Below are positions 1 through 9,865 of a stretch of DNA of 64,000 nt, in pieces. The position numbers and the translations under genes were made by a program. Every line of letters starts with the position of its first letter. Position 1 is the stretch's first letter. Under the pieces are notes generated by a model. That model made no database searches, was not told the DNA's origin, and saw nothing but the letters and a program-made list of their open reading frames with translations. Source of the stretch: Nostoc sp. (GTDB lineage Bacteria; Cyanobacteriota; Cyanobacteriia; Cyanobacteriales; Nostocaceae); assembly GCA_036918135.1 (NCBI GenBank), contig JBALDB010000056.1:384001-448000 (forward strand). The letters run 5' to 3'.

Positions 1-13
1 TCGCAAACTCACC

Positions 14-1000
14 ATGTTACTCTCGGTAATGTTGCTCGCTCTGTGTTCCCTGGCTTTAGCAGTACTTTCTTATACTCATGGTGCAGTTTTTCTGATTTAC
101 GCCTGTTTGGTATTCACAGGTATCGCTAGGGCATTCCTCAAACCTGCTGGTGACGCGCTAATGTGGCAGTTAATACCTGTGAGTGCTTTTACCAATGCAG
201 CCACTTGGAATAGTAGTAGTTTTCAGCTAGCCGCAGTTCTCGGCCCCGCCTTGGGAGGATTTGGGATTGCGCTGTTCAAAAGTGCCACGGGAGTATATGT
301 AGTAGCAGGGATCGCGGCGTTGCTGTGTTTTATGTTGACACTGGCAATTACAGAGAAAAAAGGCATCCGCGCCAGCGAGCCAATATCGCTCAAAGCCCTT
401 GCTGGCGGTGCCGAATTTGTCTGGCAAAATCAGTTAATTTTAGCTGCAATTACATTGGATATGTTTGCTGTGTTGTTGGGTGGTGCGATCGCCTTACTAC
501 CCATCTTTGCCAAAGATATTTTACATGTCGGCCCAGTGGGGTTGGGATACCTCCAGGGAGCTAATTCCATCGGTGCTTTGACTATGGCGATTACCCTGGC
601 GTATCTACCACCATTACGCAAAGCAGGCCCGGCTTTACTGTGGTCAGTAGGTGGCTTTGGGGTTGTAACAATTATCTTTGGGCTTTCTCATTCCTTTTGG
701 CTGTCTATGTTGATGCTGACACTCGGTGGCGCACTAGATAGTATTAGTGTTGTGATTCGCCACACATTAGTTCAAATCAAAACGCCAGATTATTTGCGTG
801 GTCGAGTTGCTGCCATCAATAACGTGTTTATTAGTGCTTCTAATGAGTTGGGGGGCTTTGAATCAGGCTTGACTGCTGCCTTGTTTGGCCCGGTGATTTC
901 TGTTGTCGGTGGGGGAATTGGCACAATTTTAGTAGTGATTGCTACAGCGATGATTTGGCCGGGAATTCGTAAATTAGGTGCTTTACAGGAGTATAAATAA
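14..1000 (+). CDS. MFS transporter (EntS/DHA3-like); 5' end probably lies before the window
   Basis: Many hydrophobic helices; motifs GPALGG and LRGRV..INNVFI typical of this MFS subfamily. Confidence 0.85.
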   Translation: MLLSVMLLALCSLALAVLSYTHGAVFLIYACLVFTGIARAFLKPAGDALMWQLIPVSAFTNAATWNSSSFQLAAVLGPALGGFGIALFKSATGVYVVAGIAALLCFMLTLAITEKKGIRASEPISLKALAGGAEFVWQNQLILAAITLDMFAVLLGGAIALLPIFAKDILHVGPVGLGYLQGANSIGALTMAITLAYLPPLRKAGPALLWSVGGFGVVTIIFGLSHSFWLSMLMLTLGGALDSISVVIRHTLVQIKTPDYLRGRVAAINNVFISASNELGGFESGLTAALFGPVISVVGGGIGTILVVIATAMIWPGIRKLGALQEYK

Positions 1001-1014
1001 GTAGGAGGTGCAGT

Positions 1015-1650
1015 TTAGCCAACGCCAATTAGAGACTGGCTCATGACTACATTCATCAAACTGTCTAGTAGGCGATCGCGTGATAAACAAGTAAGTTCTT
1101 TCCCATATAAAATTTCTTGGACAATTACATAGGACACCAGTGAGCCGAAAAAAATGTGAGCCATTGCTTCCGGGTCAGAAATTCTCAATTCTGGATGAGA
1201 TGCAAAATACTGACTGAGTATTTGCCGACCACGCTGCACAACGGTTTGATTATAAAGTTTGGCTAGTTCTGGAAAATTTTGTGACTCGGTAATAATCAAA
1301 CGCAACAATGCCAAATAATCGGGATTATCAGCAACTTTGGTTAGGTAAATCTCAGCAACTTGACGCAATAAAATCCCAGGTTCACCGTGCAATTTTTCTG
1401 TGCAAAAAAGGCTTTGGAAACAAGCGAGTGTTAACCGTTCAATCAACGCTTTAAACAGCCCTTCTTTATCTTGAAAATAATTGTAGATTGTTTGTTTCGA
1501 TACCCCAGCTTCCGCACTGACACGATCCATACTCGTTCTAGCATAACCCTCCTGTAAAAATACCCGTATCGCTCCTTGCAAGATTTGCTCCTGTTTTTGA
1601 GTAATCGCAGGTAAAGGATTTTCTAATTGGGAAGTAGGGATTTTAGCCAT
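1015..1650 (-). CDS. TetR/AcrR family transcriptional regulator
   Basis: N-terminal HTH: FLQEGYARTSMDRVSAEAGVSKQTIYNYF. Confidence 0.95.
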   Translation of the reverse strand: MAKIPTSQLENPLPAITQKQEQILQGAIRVFLQEGYARTSMDRVSAEAGVSKQTIYNYFQDKEGLFKALIERLTLACFQSLFCTEKLHGEPGILLRQVAEIYLTKVADNPDYLALLRLIITESQNFPELAKLYNQTVVQRGRQILSQYFASHPELRISDPEAMAHIFFGSLVSYVIVQEILYGKELTCLSRDRLLDSLMNVVMSQSLIGVG

Positions 1651-1683
1651 GAAAAGTAAATATTTTTGCGTATATCTTGCTTT

Positions 1684-1708
1684 ATCATACTAGACAGTCT
1701 AGTATGAT
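1684..1708. promoter_or_regulatory. Likely TetR operator overlapping the divergent promoters
   Basis: Perfect 12-bp inverted repeat ATCATACTAGAC-A-GTCTAGTATGAT between tetR and the efflux operon, overlapping TTGCTT(1677)-N17-TAGTAT. Confidence 0.8.
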
Positions 1709-1739
1709 GACAAATATTTTTGTCATCCAGGGTACTAGT

Positions 1740-3134
1740 ATGACTCACACTGTCCCCACATCCCCGGAAAATTTTAAAGATACCCCAGTATCAAAGCCAC
1801 AGCAGCGAAAGAAACTGATTCCTTTAGCGATCGGAGGATTGCTAGTGGTGGGTGGTATTGGTTACGCTGTGTGGCACAGTCAACCGCATACTTCAATGAA
1901 TATAGTTAAAGTGAGCGGTCGGATTGAGGGTTACGAAACCGACATTGGGGTAAAGCGTTCTGGAAGAATTGAGTCAATTGCTGTACGGGAAGGGGCAGCA
2001 GTCAAGAAGGGACAAGAGTTAATTAAGTTAGACAACACAGACGACCTATTGCTACAAGAACAATTGCGTGGTGCCCAAGCCAGAATCACATCTGCGATGT
2101 ATGATGAACAGCAGGCAATTTCTGATGTGGAACGAGTCACCAGAGAAATTCAAGAAATTAACAGCCAAATTAACGAAGCCCAACTGAATTTACAGCAGTC
2201 CCAAGGGGATACCACAGGCAGGATTGAGCAGGCAAAGTCAAATGTAGCAGCAGCCAGAGCCACATTAGTGCAAGCACAAGCCCAAGTTAAACAGGCAACA
2301 GCAGAAGTTAATTTAGCAAAAATCAACCGCGATCGCTATGCTCAATTAGTCAAAGAAGGGGCAGTCAATCAACAACAATTCGACCAAGCACAAACTACTC
2401 TTGATACGGCAATTGCTACTTTAGAAGCGCGAGTTGCAGCAGTTAATGCCGAACGTCAACAGTTAAGTGCTGTCTCAGGGGCGTTAACTCAAGCTAAAAC
2501 CACAGGTTTTAATCCTAATATTCGCAACGCCCAGTTAACAGCATTAATCAGAAAGCAGCAGCAAAGTTATGCTCAATTGAAATCTGCTCAGGCAAAGGTT
2601 AAATCTGCTAATGCCAAAGTCAAAGATGCCCAAGCATCAAAGCAGCAAATCGTCACTCAGATTGCAGACTCCAAAAAAGATTTAAATGTAGTTAGTCCGT
2701 TAGACGGAGTAGTGACTACTCGTAGTGTCGAACCGGGTGCAGTAGTTGGTAGTCAAACTAATATTTTGAGTATTGTTGACCCGAAAACAGTCTATTTTAG
2801 AGGTTTTATTCCTGAAGGCGACATTGGTAAAGTGCGCCTGGGACAAACAACACAAGTCTTCATTGATTCTGCACCAGATAAACCACTACAAGGTAAAGTA
2901 ATTGCCATAGACCCCCAAGCTTCATTTACACCAGAGAATATTTATTTTCAAAAAGATAGAGTCAGACAAGTAGTAGGAATTCGGATTAAAATTCAAAATC
3001 CTGATGGTTGCTTTAATCCCGAAAATCCCTATACTGGCTCAGACTTTCCCTGCGCGAAAATGGGAATGCCAGCAGATGCCGAAATCAGTTTGAAGGCAAG
3101 GGAGGCAAGGGAAGCAGAGGGGCAGAGGAGATAG
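1740..3134 (+). CDS. HlyD family efflux periplasmic adaptor (start probably ATG 1740)
   Basis: N-terminal TM, lipoyl-like motifs (SGRIESIAVREGAAVKKGQ; SPLDGVV), long coiled coil. Confidence 0.93.
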   Translation: MTHTVPTSPENFKDTPVSKPQQRKKLIPLAIGGLLVVGGIGYAVWHSQPHTSMNIVKVSGRIEGYETDIGVKRSGRIESIAVREGAAVKKGQELIKLDNTDDLLLQEQLRGAQARITSAMYDEQQAISDVERVTREIQEINSQINEAQLNLQQSQGDTTGRIEQAKSNVAAARATLVQAQAQVKQATAEVNLAKINRDRYAQLVKEGAVNQQQFDQAQTTLDTAIATLEARVAAVNAERQQLSAVSGALTQAKTTGFNPNIRNAQLTALIRKQQQSYAQLKSAQAKVKSANAKVKDAQASKQQIVTQIADSKKDLNVVSPLDGVVTTRSVEPGAVVGSQTNILSIVDPKTVYFRGFIPEGDIGKVRLGQTTQVFIDSAPDKPLQGKVIAIDPQASFTPENIYFQKDRVRQVVGIRIKIQNPDGCFNPENPYTGSDFPCAKMGMPADAEISLKAREAREAEGQRR

Positions 3135-3241
3135 GAGATAAAAACTAACAACTGACTCAGCATTTTCGAGTTATCTAATTACTGGAAGATCCCATAAACT
3201 TACACCCCTGTACCCATTTTCAAGCTAGGAGACTAAAGGGA

Positions 3242-5248
3242 ATGAAACAGCAAATTACTACTGTCTCTGTAAACTTACCGCAATCATCTAGTCTGCCAAA
3301 TACAGCAATTCAAGTTCAGGGTTTGCACAAGCACTATGGAAAGTTAGCTGCGGTGCGAGGAATTGATTTCACTGTCAACAAAGGTGAAATGTTTGGCTTA
3401 ATTGGCCCCGATGGTGCGGGGAAAACTAGCACCTTTCACATTTTGGGTGGTGTGATGGAAGCAACGGCAGGGGAGGTGCAAATATTTAATCAACCTGCAC
3501 GAAATGCGCGATTAATAACTGGTTATCTTACTCAACAGTTTTCGCTGTATCTAGATTTGAGTATTGATGAAAACTTGCGTTATGCAGCAGGGTTACGGCA
3601 AGTAGCAGCTGATTTGTTGCAAAAACGCCGCAATAAATATTTAAAATTAATGAATCTAGAGCGATTTGGCGATCGCTTAGCCGGACAACTTTCTGGGGGA
3701 ATGAAACAAAAGTTGGCGCTGTGTTGTGCTTTGGTTTCCCAACCAGAAGTATTGTTATTAGATGAACCTACCACAGGTGTAGACCCGGTTTCTCGGCGGG
3801 AATTTTGGGACGTGCTAGCCCAACTGTCAGCCGAGGGGATGACAATTGTCGTCGCCACACCATACTTAGACGAAGCCGAACGCTGTCACCGCGTAGCTTT
3901 AATGTACAGCGGGCAAATTCATGAAATTGGCACACCTGCTGATTTACGGGCTAACTTGGGCTTGCATCGCTTAGAAGTGCGAACAGCAAACCTAGAAGCC
4001 ACAGAAGAAATACTTTCCCAGACTGCACAAACAAATATAGTAGATGTACAAACTTTTGGCGATCGCTTGGATGTCTTGGTTAAAGATATCAATTCCGGTG
4101 AAACCGAAGTCCGGGAATTACTGCAACAACATCACTTACCTTCTCCTAGTATTGAACGTGGCGAACCCACATTAGAAAACGTCTTTGTAACGCGTCTGCG
4201 ACAACAGGGTTCCGCACCGCAATTTTTTCCATTTCCTCGTTTTCGTCAGAGGGGAGTAAGGAGTGGGGGAGCAGGGGAGCAGGGGAGCAGGGGAGCAGGG
4301 GGAATATTTAATACTCAGGACTCAGCACTAGCGATATATGCTCACAACCTTAGCCGTATTTTTGGTAAGTTTCAAGCTGTCAAAGATGTCAACGTTGAGG
4401 TGCGCTACGGCGAAATCTTTGGGTTGTTAGGTGCTAACGGTGCTGGCAAAACTACGACAATCAAAATGCTGTGCGGGTTGTTAGAAGCCAGCGGCGGCGA
4501 AATTTCTTTGGGTGGTGAAACTGGAAATTTGCGTAGTGCAGACTTACGGCGACGCATAGGTTACATGAGTCAAAAATTCACCCTCTATGACGATTTAACT
4601 ATCTTACAAAATCTAGAATTTTATAGCGGAGTTTACGGCGTACCCCGCAAACTCCGGCGAGAAAAAATTGCTTGGGTAATCGCTACCTGTGGTTTAGAAG
4701 GGCAAGAAAATATGATTACTGGCCAATTACCGGGAGGTTGGAAGCAACGAGTAGCTTTCGGTGCTTCTGTGATGCACGAACCAGATATTTTATTTTTGGA
4801 CGAACCAACATCAGGGGTAGATCCTTTAGCGCGTCGCCAGTTTTGGAAGCTAATTAATGACTTTGCCCGCAACGGTACAGCGATTTTAGTGACAACACAC
4901 TATTTAGAAGAAGCTGAACAGTGCAATCGCATGAGTTTTATGGTTGCAGGGGAAACCGTCGCCGAAGGTTCACCCAGTTCTATCAAAGCCTCGCAACCAG
5001 GACAATTAATAGAAATCATTGTTAATCAAAATCAAGCTGCTTCCAAGTTACTCAAAGAACACTTTGAATCGTGGCGCGTCTCGATTTTTGCTGACAGTTT
5101 ACACGTTGTTCTCGATAATCCCGAACCAGAAATAAATCAATTAACTCAACTGTTAAAAGCTAATCAAATTACTATCAATTCTCTACGTCGGATTCCTTTT
5201 TCTTTAGAAGATGCTTTTATTGGTATAGTACAGCGATCGCAAAATTAA
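3242..5248 (+). CDS. ABC transporter ATP-binding protein with two NBDs (YbhF-like)
   Basis: Two Walker A motifs (GPDGAGKT, GANGAGKT), LSGGMKQ/LPGGWKQ signatures, two DEPT Walker B motifs. Confidence 0.95.
   Translation: MKQQITTVSVNLPQSSSLPNTAIQVQGLHKHYGKLAAVRGIDFTVNKGEMFGLIGPDGAGKTSTFHILGGVMEATAGEVQIFNQPARNARLITGYLTQQFSLYLDLSIDENLRYAAGLRQVAADLLQKRRNKYLKLMNLERFGDRLAGQLSGGMKQKLALCCALVSQPEVLLLDEPTTGVDPVSRREFWDVLAQLSAEGMTIVVATPYLDEAERCHRVALMYSGQIHEIGTPADLRANLGLHRLEVRTANLEATEEILSQTAQTNIVDVQTFGDRLDVLVKDINSGETEVRELLQQHHLPSPSIERGEPTLENVFVTRLRQQGSAPQFFPFPRFRQRGVRSGGAGEQGSRGAGGIFNTQDSALAIYAHNLSRIFGKFQAVKDVNVEVRYGEIFGLLGANGAGKTTTIKMLCGLLEASGGEISLGGETGNLRSADLRRRIGYMSQKFTLYDDLTILQNLEFYSGVYGVPRKLRREKIAWVIATCGLEGQENMITGQLPGGWKQRVAFGASVMHEPDILFLDEPTSGVDPLARRQFWKLINDFARNGTAILVTTHYLEEAEQCNRMSFMVAGETVAEGSPSSIKASQPGQLIEIIVNQNQAASKLLKEHFESWRVSIFADSLHVVLDNPEPEINQLTQLLKANQITINSLRRIPFSLEDAFIGIVQRSQN
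4266..4302 (+). repeat. Tandem GGGGAGCA repeat within the ABC inter-domain linker
   Basis: ggggagcaggggagcaggggagcaggggagcaggggg, translated as GAGEQGSRGAGG. Confidence 0.85.
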
Positions 5249-5302
5249 AAGACGTACAAAAAAAGCTTCCATATCCACAATTCCTAATCCCCAGTTCCTA
5301 AA

Positions 5303-6406
5303 ATGAGAATTATTGCTCAATGTGTGAAAGAAATAGCCCAATTTCGCCGCGATCGCCTGACGTTAGCGTTAGCATTTTTATTGCCATTTATCACTTTAAT
5401 AATTTTTGGCTTTGCTATTAGGTTAGAGAGCAAAGATATACCTTTAATTGTGCAAGATTTTAACCACACAAATCTCAGTGGGAGCTACATTGAAAGATTG
5501 TATGCTACTAATCAATTTGTGCCTAAACAATGGTCTGGTGGTAATCCAACACGCGATGCCATCGATAAGGGAATTGCTAAAGCTGCAGTAATTATTCCAC
5601 CTACATTTAGCCGCGATATTCAAGCGGGTAGAAGTACAACCTTGCAAGTATTAATTGATGCAACCGATGTGAACAATGCGCGGGTAATTAGAAATAGTAT
5701 TCAAAGAGTAACAAACTTTTTTCTGCAAGAGCATGGATTCATACCCGCTACTAGTAGTATTACAGCACGAATGCGTTTATGGTTTAATCCTGGGAGATTA
5801 GAATCACTGTATATTGTGCCAGGAACATATGGGGTTGTCCTGTGGATTTTTCCTTCATTATTGTCGGCGATCGCAATGGTAAAAGAAAAAGAAAAAGGTA
5901 CTATTTTACAAGTTTACGCTTCTAGTATTAGCGCCAGTGAATTATTACTAGGTAAAGGATTAGCATACCTATTAATTGCCATTGCTGAGGCATTATTAGT
6001 TATGGGCTTAGGCTCAATTATTTTCCAAGTTGGTATAGTTGGCAACCCGATAATATTACTACTTGGCACTTTATTATTCCTCACAGATAGCGTTCTCTTT
6101 GGTTTACTTTTAGGAGTTCGTAGTAGTAACCAAAATGCAGCAGTGCAAGGTGTTTCTCTCGTAGGTTTTATTACATCTATATTACTATCAGGTTTTATTT
6201 ATCCCCTCAATAATATTCCTTTCCCCCTATCATTATTCCCTAACGTAATTCCAGCCCGTTATTATATTGATATTACCCGTGATGCCTTTGTGCGTGGTAC
6301 GGGATTTACAGGAGTTTGGTTTGATTTACTTATGCTGATAGCCTTAGGATTAGTATTTTTCAACGTATCGCGCCGAGTTTTAAGTCGAATGCAATTGTCT
6401 AGTTAA
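5303..6406 (+). CDS. ABC-2 type permease (YbhS-like)
   Basis: WFNP, KEKEKGT motif, C-terminal TM helices. Confidence 0.93.
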   Translation: MRIIAQCVKEIAQFRRDRLTLALAFLLPFITLIIFGFAIRLESKDIPLIVQDFNHTNLSGSYIERLYATNQFVPKQWSGGNPTRDAIDKGIAKAAVIIPPTFSRDIQAGRSTTLQVLIDATDVNNARVIRNSIQRVTNFFLQEHGFIPATSSITARMRLWFNPGRLESLYIVPGTYGVVLWIFPSLLSAIAMVKEKEKGTILQVYASSISASELLLGKGLAYLLIAIAEALLVMGLGSIIFQVGIVGNPIILLLGTLLFLTDSVLFGLLLGVRSSNQNAAVQGVSLVGFITSILLSGFIYPLNNIPFPLSLFPNVIPARYYIDITRDAFVRGTGFTGVWFDLLMLIALGLVFFNVSRRVLSRMQLSS

Positions 6407-6448
6407 AATAATTCATAATTATTTATTTTACCTGAATAATCTACATTT

Positions 6449-7570
6449 ATGAAACTAATTCAGCGATTATTTAATAGTCCCTTTTGGGCATTAGTACGCA
6501 AAGAAATTAATCAAATTCTCAGAAATAAGCAATTGATTGTTTTGCTAGTTGTTCCACCAACAGTACAACTATTACTTTACGGATTTATTCTCAATCCTGA
6601 CGTTCATAACTTACGATTAGGTGTCATCGACTATGCCAATGTCAGCAGCAGTCGTGAGTTAGTTTCAGCCATGACATCAAATCGAATTTTCACATTAGAA
6701 TCTGTACCAGACAGCGAAAAACGATTAAGTCGTCAAGTCGAAGAAGGCAAGCTAGATGTGGGAGTGATAATCCCCCCTGATTTTCCCCGTCAACTCGTAC
6801 AAAAATCAGCAGAGATTCAAGTATTTATCGATGCAGTAAATGCAAATACAGCGGGGATTGCAGCAAATTATATGAATCAAATTATTCAACAATATAATCT
6901 GCAATTAATCCAAGCTCAAGCAAGTCCTTTAATTTCAACAGAAGTTGTATTTCTTTATAATCCTGGATTGACGAGTAGTTGGTTTTTTGTCCCAGGGGTT
7001 ATGGGTTTAGTTTTAACATTAATTGGCACATTAGTATCAGCCATTACTGTGGTTCGGGAAAAAGATACAGGAACTTTAGAACAATTATTAATGACTCCGG
7101 CTGCTAACTGGCAAATACTGCTGTCGAAAATTGTACCTTTGGCATTTTTATTAATGGGAGATGTTTTACTAGCTATCACTTTAGCAACAATAGTATTTCA
7201 TGTACCATTTCGAGGTAGTTTTCTCCTATTTTTTGGCTTATCCAGTATGTATTTGTTTGTCGGAATTAGCTTGGGTATTATGTTGGCAACTGTGAGTAGT
7301 TCTCAACAACAGGTAGTACTGACAGCTTTCTTTATTAATTTACCAATGGTACAAACATCTGGGGCGATCGCACCAATTGAAGCCATGCCTCCCTTATTTC
7401 AAGTCCTATCCCTACTCAATCCCCTCCGCCATTATATTGCGATCGTTCGAGGTATTTTACTCAAAGGCGTTGGCTTAGATGTATTGTGGATGAATGTTTT
7501 GGCATTAGTTGCTTTTGCTGTTGTACTATTAACTATTAGTATTAATAAGTTTCGCAGTCAGTTAAGCTAA
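6449..7570 (+). CDS. ABC-2 type permease (YbhR-like)
   Basis: YNPGL..SWFFVPG, REKDTGTLEQLLMTP. Confidence 0.93.
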   Translation: MKLIQRLFNSPFWALVRKEINQILRNKQLIVLLVVPPTVQLLLYGFILNPDVHNLRLGVIDYANVSSSRELVSAMTSNRIFTLESVPDSEKRLSRQVEEGKLDVGVIIPPDFPRQLVQKSAEIQVFIDAVNANTAGIAANYMNQIIQQYNLQLIQAQASPLISTEVVFLYNPGLTSSWFFVPGVMGLVLTLIGTLVSAITVVREKDTGTLEQLLMTPAANWQILLSKIVPLAFLLMGDVLLAITLATIVFHVPFRGSFLLFFGLSSMYLFVGISLGIMLATVSSSQQQVVLTAFFINLPMVQTSGAIAPIEAMPPLFQVLSLLNPLRHYIAIVRGILLKGVGLDVLWMNVLALVAFAVVLLTISINKFRSQLS

Positions 7571-7667
7571 ATTTTTATAAAAGTATTTTACTAATAAAAT
7601 AAAACTATCAATTGGTAATAAAATCGCTCGTAATTGTGATTTTTAAGAGCCTGTGAGGTCTAAAACC

Positions 7668-9020
7668 ATGACTCATGCTTGCTGTGGCCCTGGCTACGCT
7701 TCTCCAGAAGCAGCCGTTGAGGCTGAAAGAGAAAAGGTACTTTATGCGATCGCCCTCTATACTGGTACTGGTATCGAAGAACCAGATTATCTTGCCACTG
7801 TAGACGTTGACCCCAATTCGCCAACTTATTCTCAAGTGATTCATCGTCTAGCTATGCCTTACATTGGCGATGAGTTACATCACTTTGGTTGGAATGCTTG
7901 TAGTTCTTGTCATGGTGATGCTAGTAAATCCCGCAGATTTAACGTCATACCTGGGCAACGTTCTAGCCGCATCTATATTGTTGATACAGCAGATACCAAA
8001 GCGCCGAAACTGCATAAAGTCATTGAACCACAAGAAATTCAAGCAAAAACTAATTTGACTGCTCCGCACACAGTACACTGCCTAGCAGATGGTCATGTGA
8101 TGATTTCCATGTTGGGCGACAGTCAGGGAAATGGCCCTGGTGGCTTTTTGTTACTGGATGAAAATTTTGATATTGCTGGACGTTGGGAGAGACAAGCTGA
8201 TGCGATGCGGTTTAACTATGACTTTTGGTATCAGCCGCGTCATAATGTCATGGTAAGTAGTGAATGGGCTGCACCCAAAACCTATTATCCTGGTTTTGAC
8301 CTCAACGATGTAGCAGCCGACAACTATGGTCATCACATACATTTTTGGAATTGGTCAACACGGGAAATTATCCAAAGTTTTGACTTAGGAGATGAAGGAT
8401 TAATTCCCTTAGAACTGCGCTTTCACCATAACCCCGACAGCACTCATGGGTTTGTCGCCGCCGCACTCAGCAGTAATGTTTGGCATTGGCACAAACCTAA
8501 CGGTCATTGGGAAATAGAGAAAGTGATTGATATACCGTCAGTAGAAGTAGAAGGCTGGCCGATACCAGTGCCATCATTGATTACTGATATTTTGATTTCA
8601 ATGTGCGATCGCTATATTTACTTTTCCAACTGGTTGCATGGAGATATCCGCCAATATGATATCAGTGACCCAGCCCATCCTCAACTTACCGGTCAAGTTT
8701 GGTGCGGTGGTTTGTTAGGTAACAGTGGTGAAGTTCAAGGTCATAAATTGGCTGGCGGCCCGCAAATGATACAGCTGAGTTTGGATGGCAAACGGCTTTA
8801 TGTGACAAATTCCTTATTTAGCACTTGGGATAATCAGTTTTATCCTGATTTATCTAAGACCGGCTCATATTTATTACAGATTGACTGCGACACTGAAAAT
8901 GGTGGACTAAAAATCAACGAAGACTTCTACGTTGACTTTGGTAAAGAACCAGCAGGCCCTTCTCGCGCTCATGAGATGCGCTATCCTGGCGGTGATTGCA
9001 CTTCAGATATTTGGATTTAA
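7668..9020 (+). CDS. SBP56 selenium-binding protein / methanethiol oxidase-like
   Basis: [45 protein letters not shown] and [16 protein letters not shown] match SELENBP1 family motifs. Confidence 0.93.
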   Translation: MTHACCGPGYASPEAAVEAEREKVLYAIALYTGTGIEEPDYLATVDVDPNSPTYSQVIHRLAMPYIGDELHHFGWNACSSCHGDASKSRRFNVIPGQRSSRIYIVDTADTKAPKLHKVIEPQEIQAKTNLTAPHTVHCLADGHVMISMLGDSQGNGPGGFLLLDENFDIAGRWERQADAMRFNYDFWYQPRHNVMVSSEWAAPKTYYPGFDLNDVAADNYGHHIHFWNWSTREIIQSFDLGDEGLIPLELRFHHNPDSTHGFVAAALSSNVWHWHKPNGHWEIEKVIDIPSVEVEGWPIPVPSLITDILISMCDRYIYFSNWLHGDIRQYDISDPAHPQLTGQVWCGGLLGNSGEVQGHKLAGGPQMIQLSLDGKRLYVTNSLFSTWDNQFYPDLSKTGSYLLQIDCDTENGGLKINEDFYVDFGKEPAGPSRAHEMRYPGGDCTSDIWI

Positions 9021-9025
9021 TCTTA

Positions 9026-9106
9026 GTAGGGTGTGTTATCGCGCCAGCGTAACGCACCGTCAATGATGTTCGGTGCGTTAAGACGTGCGTCCATAACGCA
9101 CCCTAC
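9026..9106. repeat. GTAG-type REP-like doublet of palindromes
   Basis: GTAGGGTGTGTTA...TAACGCACC and GGTGCGTTA...TAACGCACCCTAC in inverted arrangement right after the SBP56 stop. Confidence 0.8.
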
Positions 9107-9283
9107 AAAACTACTTGAAGAGTTGAAACCTAAGGCTTACGGGGAGGGGAAGTTTTGGCTTTAGGCAAAACTAAGGTGGGGTCAGGCGAATTGCGATCCT
9201 AAGTGAGTGAATTCAAAATCAAGTTTTGACAAAAGTTTTACGTTAAGTTGACACCAATGGCGAGACGGCCACCCCACAAGAAA

Positions 9284-9414
9284 TAAGTAGGTGGGTGGGA
9301 AAATTTATAGTTGAGATGAGGCAGGAGCCAAAAGGCAGGAGGCAGGAGGAAAGACGGTTTTAGCCTAGCTAATTTTTCTTCACATAGTTTAGTTTTATTG
9401 TACCGACTTACTTA
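9284..9414. mobile_element. MITE-like element with imperfect terminal inverted repeats
   Basis: Ends TAAGTAGGTGGGT... / ...ACCGACTTACTTA; internal GGCAGGA repeats; no ORF. Confidence 0.65.
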
Positions 9415-9576
9415 ATTTAATATTCTTTTATTTGTCAATTTATATACAAATTTTTCCGTATCTAGACTCTATTTAGAAAACAGTATAGAAAATTTCCGTA
9501 TAATTCACCCTGATATCTCAGATTTTTCAGAATATCATCCTGTTGTCAGATACAGACTTTTTATGAATATCAACCT

Positions 9577-9711
9577 ATGGAAAAACGCCACAAGAAGTTT
9601 ATCGAACAGGTTCAGGATGTAATTCGCCTGAGAAATTATTCGTACAAGACTGAGAAAATCTCTATTCCAAAACCTGGTTATCAAGACGTTCGTAGTCTGC
9701 TTGATTTATAA
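9577..9711 (+). pseudogene. Collapsed integron-integrase remnant (44 aa)
   Basis: MEKRHKKFIEQVQDVIRLRNYSYKTEK resembles the IntI N-terminus; DVRSLLDL* resembles the IntI C-terminal VRSPLD motif. Confidence 0.65.
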
Positions 9712-9865
9712 AATATCTCTCAGCAGTGGGCGATTTGATGTTGTTCGCTACCGCTACTCGACTGAATCGATAAAGCCATTACCAAAAGAATAGACCTGAT
9801 AAAGCTCGATTTATAAGTATAGCTGTATAGACGGGCGATGACGCTTTTAACTCTTTTTTTGGATT

